Of a stretch of DNA of 64,000 nt, positions 62,201-64,000 are shown one piece after another; the first letter of the stretch is position 1; every line of letters begins with the position of its first letter. Location: positions 50,778,001 through 50,842,000 of the forward strand of contig OZ076410.1 in NCBI GenBank assembly GCA_964187785.1, given 5' to 3'. The position numbers were made by a program, and so were the translations under genes. Under the pieces are notes generated by a model. That model was not told the origin of the DNA, made no database searches, and worked only from the letters and a program-made list of their open reading frames with translations. This DNA is from Amphiscolops sp. MND2022. Taxonomy: Eukaryota.

Positions 62201-64000
62201 TTGGATGGACCCGAAATTGCAGTCTGTGAAGAAACTGCCTATGATTCCGTTTTTGAAATCAAAACCACATTCACAAGCAAAGATGCTTGTTTTCGTCATG
62301 CTCTGGCAGAAGCTTACGACGCATTTAACGCCACAATGCTTGAATTTGACTTCACCCAAAAATTAGAACCCTACAGCCGACTCAACACCAAGTCCAACCG
62401 CCACAAACGCATCTATTTTACGGATAAAAATACAATCACTTTGTTACCTCACTCATGTATTCTCTTCTTGCACTTTTTCTTTATGTCTTCATCATGTCGC
62501 AAGTTGAAATCGACGTCACTCTTCTACCTCCGCACGACATGCCTCATTCTTCACTGCCTGGCTGGCTCCATTTTCTTTAACGTTGCTCTTCTCCAACGTC
62601 ATCACTTTTCAGTTCTTCGCAGATCGTCCAATCATCAATCTTCGCTTCTTCGCAGATCATCTCAACGTCACTTGTCAATTCTTTGACGTTTGCCCACTCA
62701 TTAAAACTGTTTCAAACTTTCAAACTCCTAATTTATTCATCATCTTAGCAACGATGCTACCAATATATACTTTAATAACCCATATTTTCAATCGTTTTGA
62801 TGCTAATCATATGTATTCTTATAACTCATATCTAAATTATTGCTATATTACTCTTATGGCCTGAGAAATGTTTTAACCGTGTAAACTGTATAACCCCATA
62901 ATCGTGTATTTTACAAAGTTATATGGTACTTTCTCCTATAGTACATTTATTACTTTCTTGTATTGCTTTCTTTAATGTAACAAGAAACTCTCAGAAAACT
63001 TCAATACTTCCACAAAAAATGATCAAAAGAAACAAAAGGGGCAACTTAATTATTTCACTTGAAAATTAGGCTACTTTACCCAAGGCTTGAAACATTTTTT
63101 CAACGGTCACTCTTGTTCTTCATGTTAGTTGAAAAAAAAGAGAACCTTGGTTTTCGCTGACTTTCTCTAATTTTGTTCACTACCTGCCAATGTTGGTTCA
63201 TAACTCATTGCCAAATTTGTCATACTTCTTCAATTCTTCAAATTTTCCACGATATAGTACACAACAAAAAACAGCTCCAAAAGGATTCGATGTATTCAGA
63301 TTCTTCTTGTTCCAGAAACTCCTCTTTTTCCTCTTCTTTCTTTGTTGCCTCCTTGGCTTACTACCACGACCATCACATCCAACACCACATCGTTTTATCA
63401 GAATTTTTCTCAATCTTCTTCAGCTACTTACTCCTCTTCCTTCTATCAGGACTATCCAATTGCCTCTGTTCTTCCGTTTTCTTCCATTGGCAACCCTAGA
63501 ACAAAGAAAGTCTCAGTTACAAATGCTAACAATCTCAAAGCTGCTATATTTCTCACAATGGCGTTCTAATAGTCATTAGAAACTAATAGTTCATTGCCAA
63601 ATTTGTCATATTTCTTCAATTCTTAAAATTTTCCATTCGTGAATGTTCACTTGAAGAACTTCATTTTTTAAGGCCGAAGAAAGGATACTTACATGATTTG
63701 ATGCTCCAAAATTCATTAGAAAATGAGAAGTTGTCAAACAATAACTTGAACGAAACTGTCAGTCAAACTCTTTGACCATAAAACTTCGCACCAAGGTGAA
63801 CCGTTTAAAAAAATGAGATAGTAAACCGTCCTAGGTTGTTCTCACTCCTTAAGTATCATACATACTCTTTGGGACAAGAATATTAAACTGTAAAACCATT
63901 CCAAACTGAAACAAAAACTTTCAAAACACACCACGCCAAAAGTGCAGTTTTTTTTCTTTTCAAAATTCCCGGTTGATTGTGATGCCATGTTGCATGTGCT
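59203..64000 (+). mobile_element. Highly decayed retroelement-derived sequence, probably the second gypsy family
   Basis: Same C/A-rich strand bias as 54780-56470; integrase-like FISLFGYPCYILTECG remnant near 59280; no intact ORF. Confidence 0.4.
61757..62090. repeat. ~335 bp direct duplication, second copy at 63251-63590
   Basis: GATATAGTACACAACAAAAAACAGCTCC...TTAGAAACTAATAGT at both positions. Confidence 0.9.

Noticed and set aside
61605-63579. Lys/Arg-rich and Leu/Phe-rich ORFs as NLS or membrane proteins
   Set aside because: Products of a pyrimidine-rich duplicated tract read on either strand; no domain evidence.

Overview
AT-rich, transposon-dense animal genomic DNA; the species cannot be identified from the sequence alone. 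One host gene is recognisable: a GGA-family clathrin adaptor on the minus strand, with eight in-frame GT-AG exons between 13992 and 31824 encoding the VHS domain and most of the GAT domain. Its first exon and 3' exons were not located. The rest is nested mobile DNA. (1) A Ty1/copia element with an apparently intact gag-PR-IN-RT frame running off the left edge, split by a 1.25 kb staggered-break inversion. (2) Two full-length decayed BEL/Pao elements. (3) A full-length decayed CR1-like LINE carrying a mini-hAT and a 423 bp TRIM. (4) A 13.5 kb Ty3/gypsy element inserted into a LINE RT, carrying two tandem coiled-coil + J-domain genes after integrase. (5) Several MITE families and two segmental duplications. 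The most striking object is the TRIM at 36664-37086: each LTR contains a tRNA-like Pol III gene, and the primer-binding site is the exact 14-nt complement of that tRNA's own 3' end plus CCA, suggesting a retroelement that encodes its own primer. All translations and alignments were done by eye, with no database searches.
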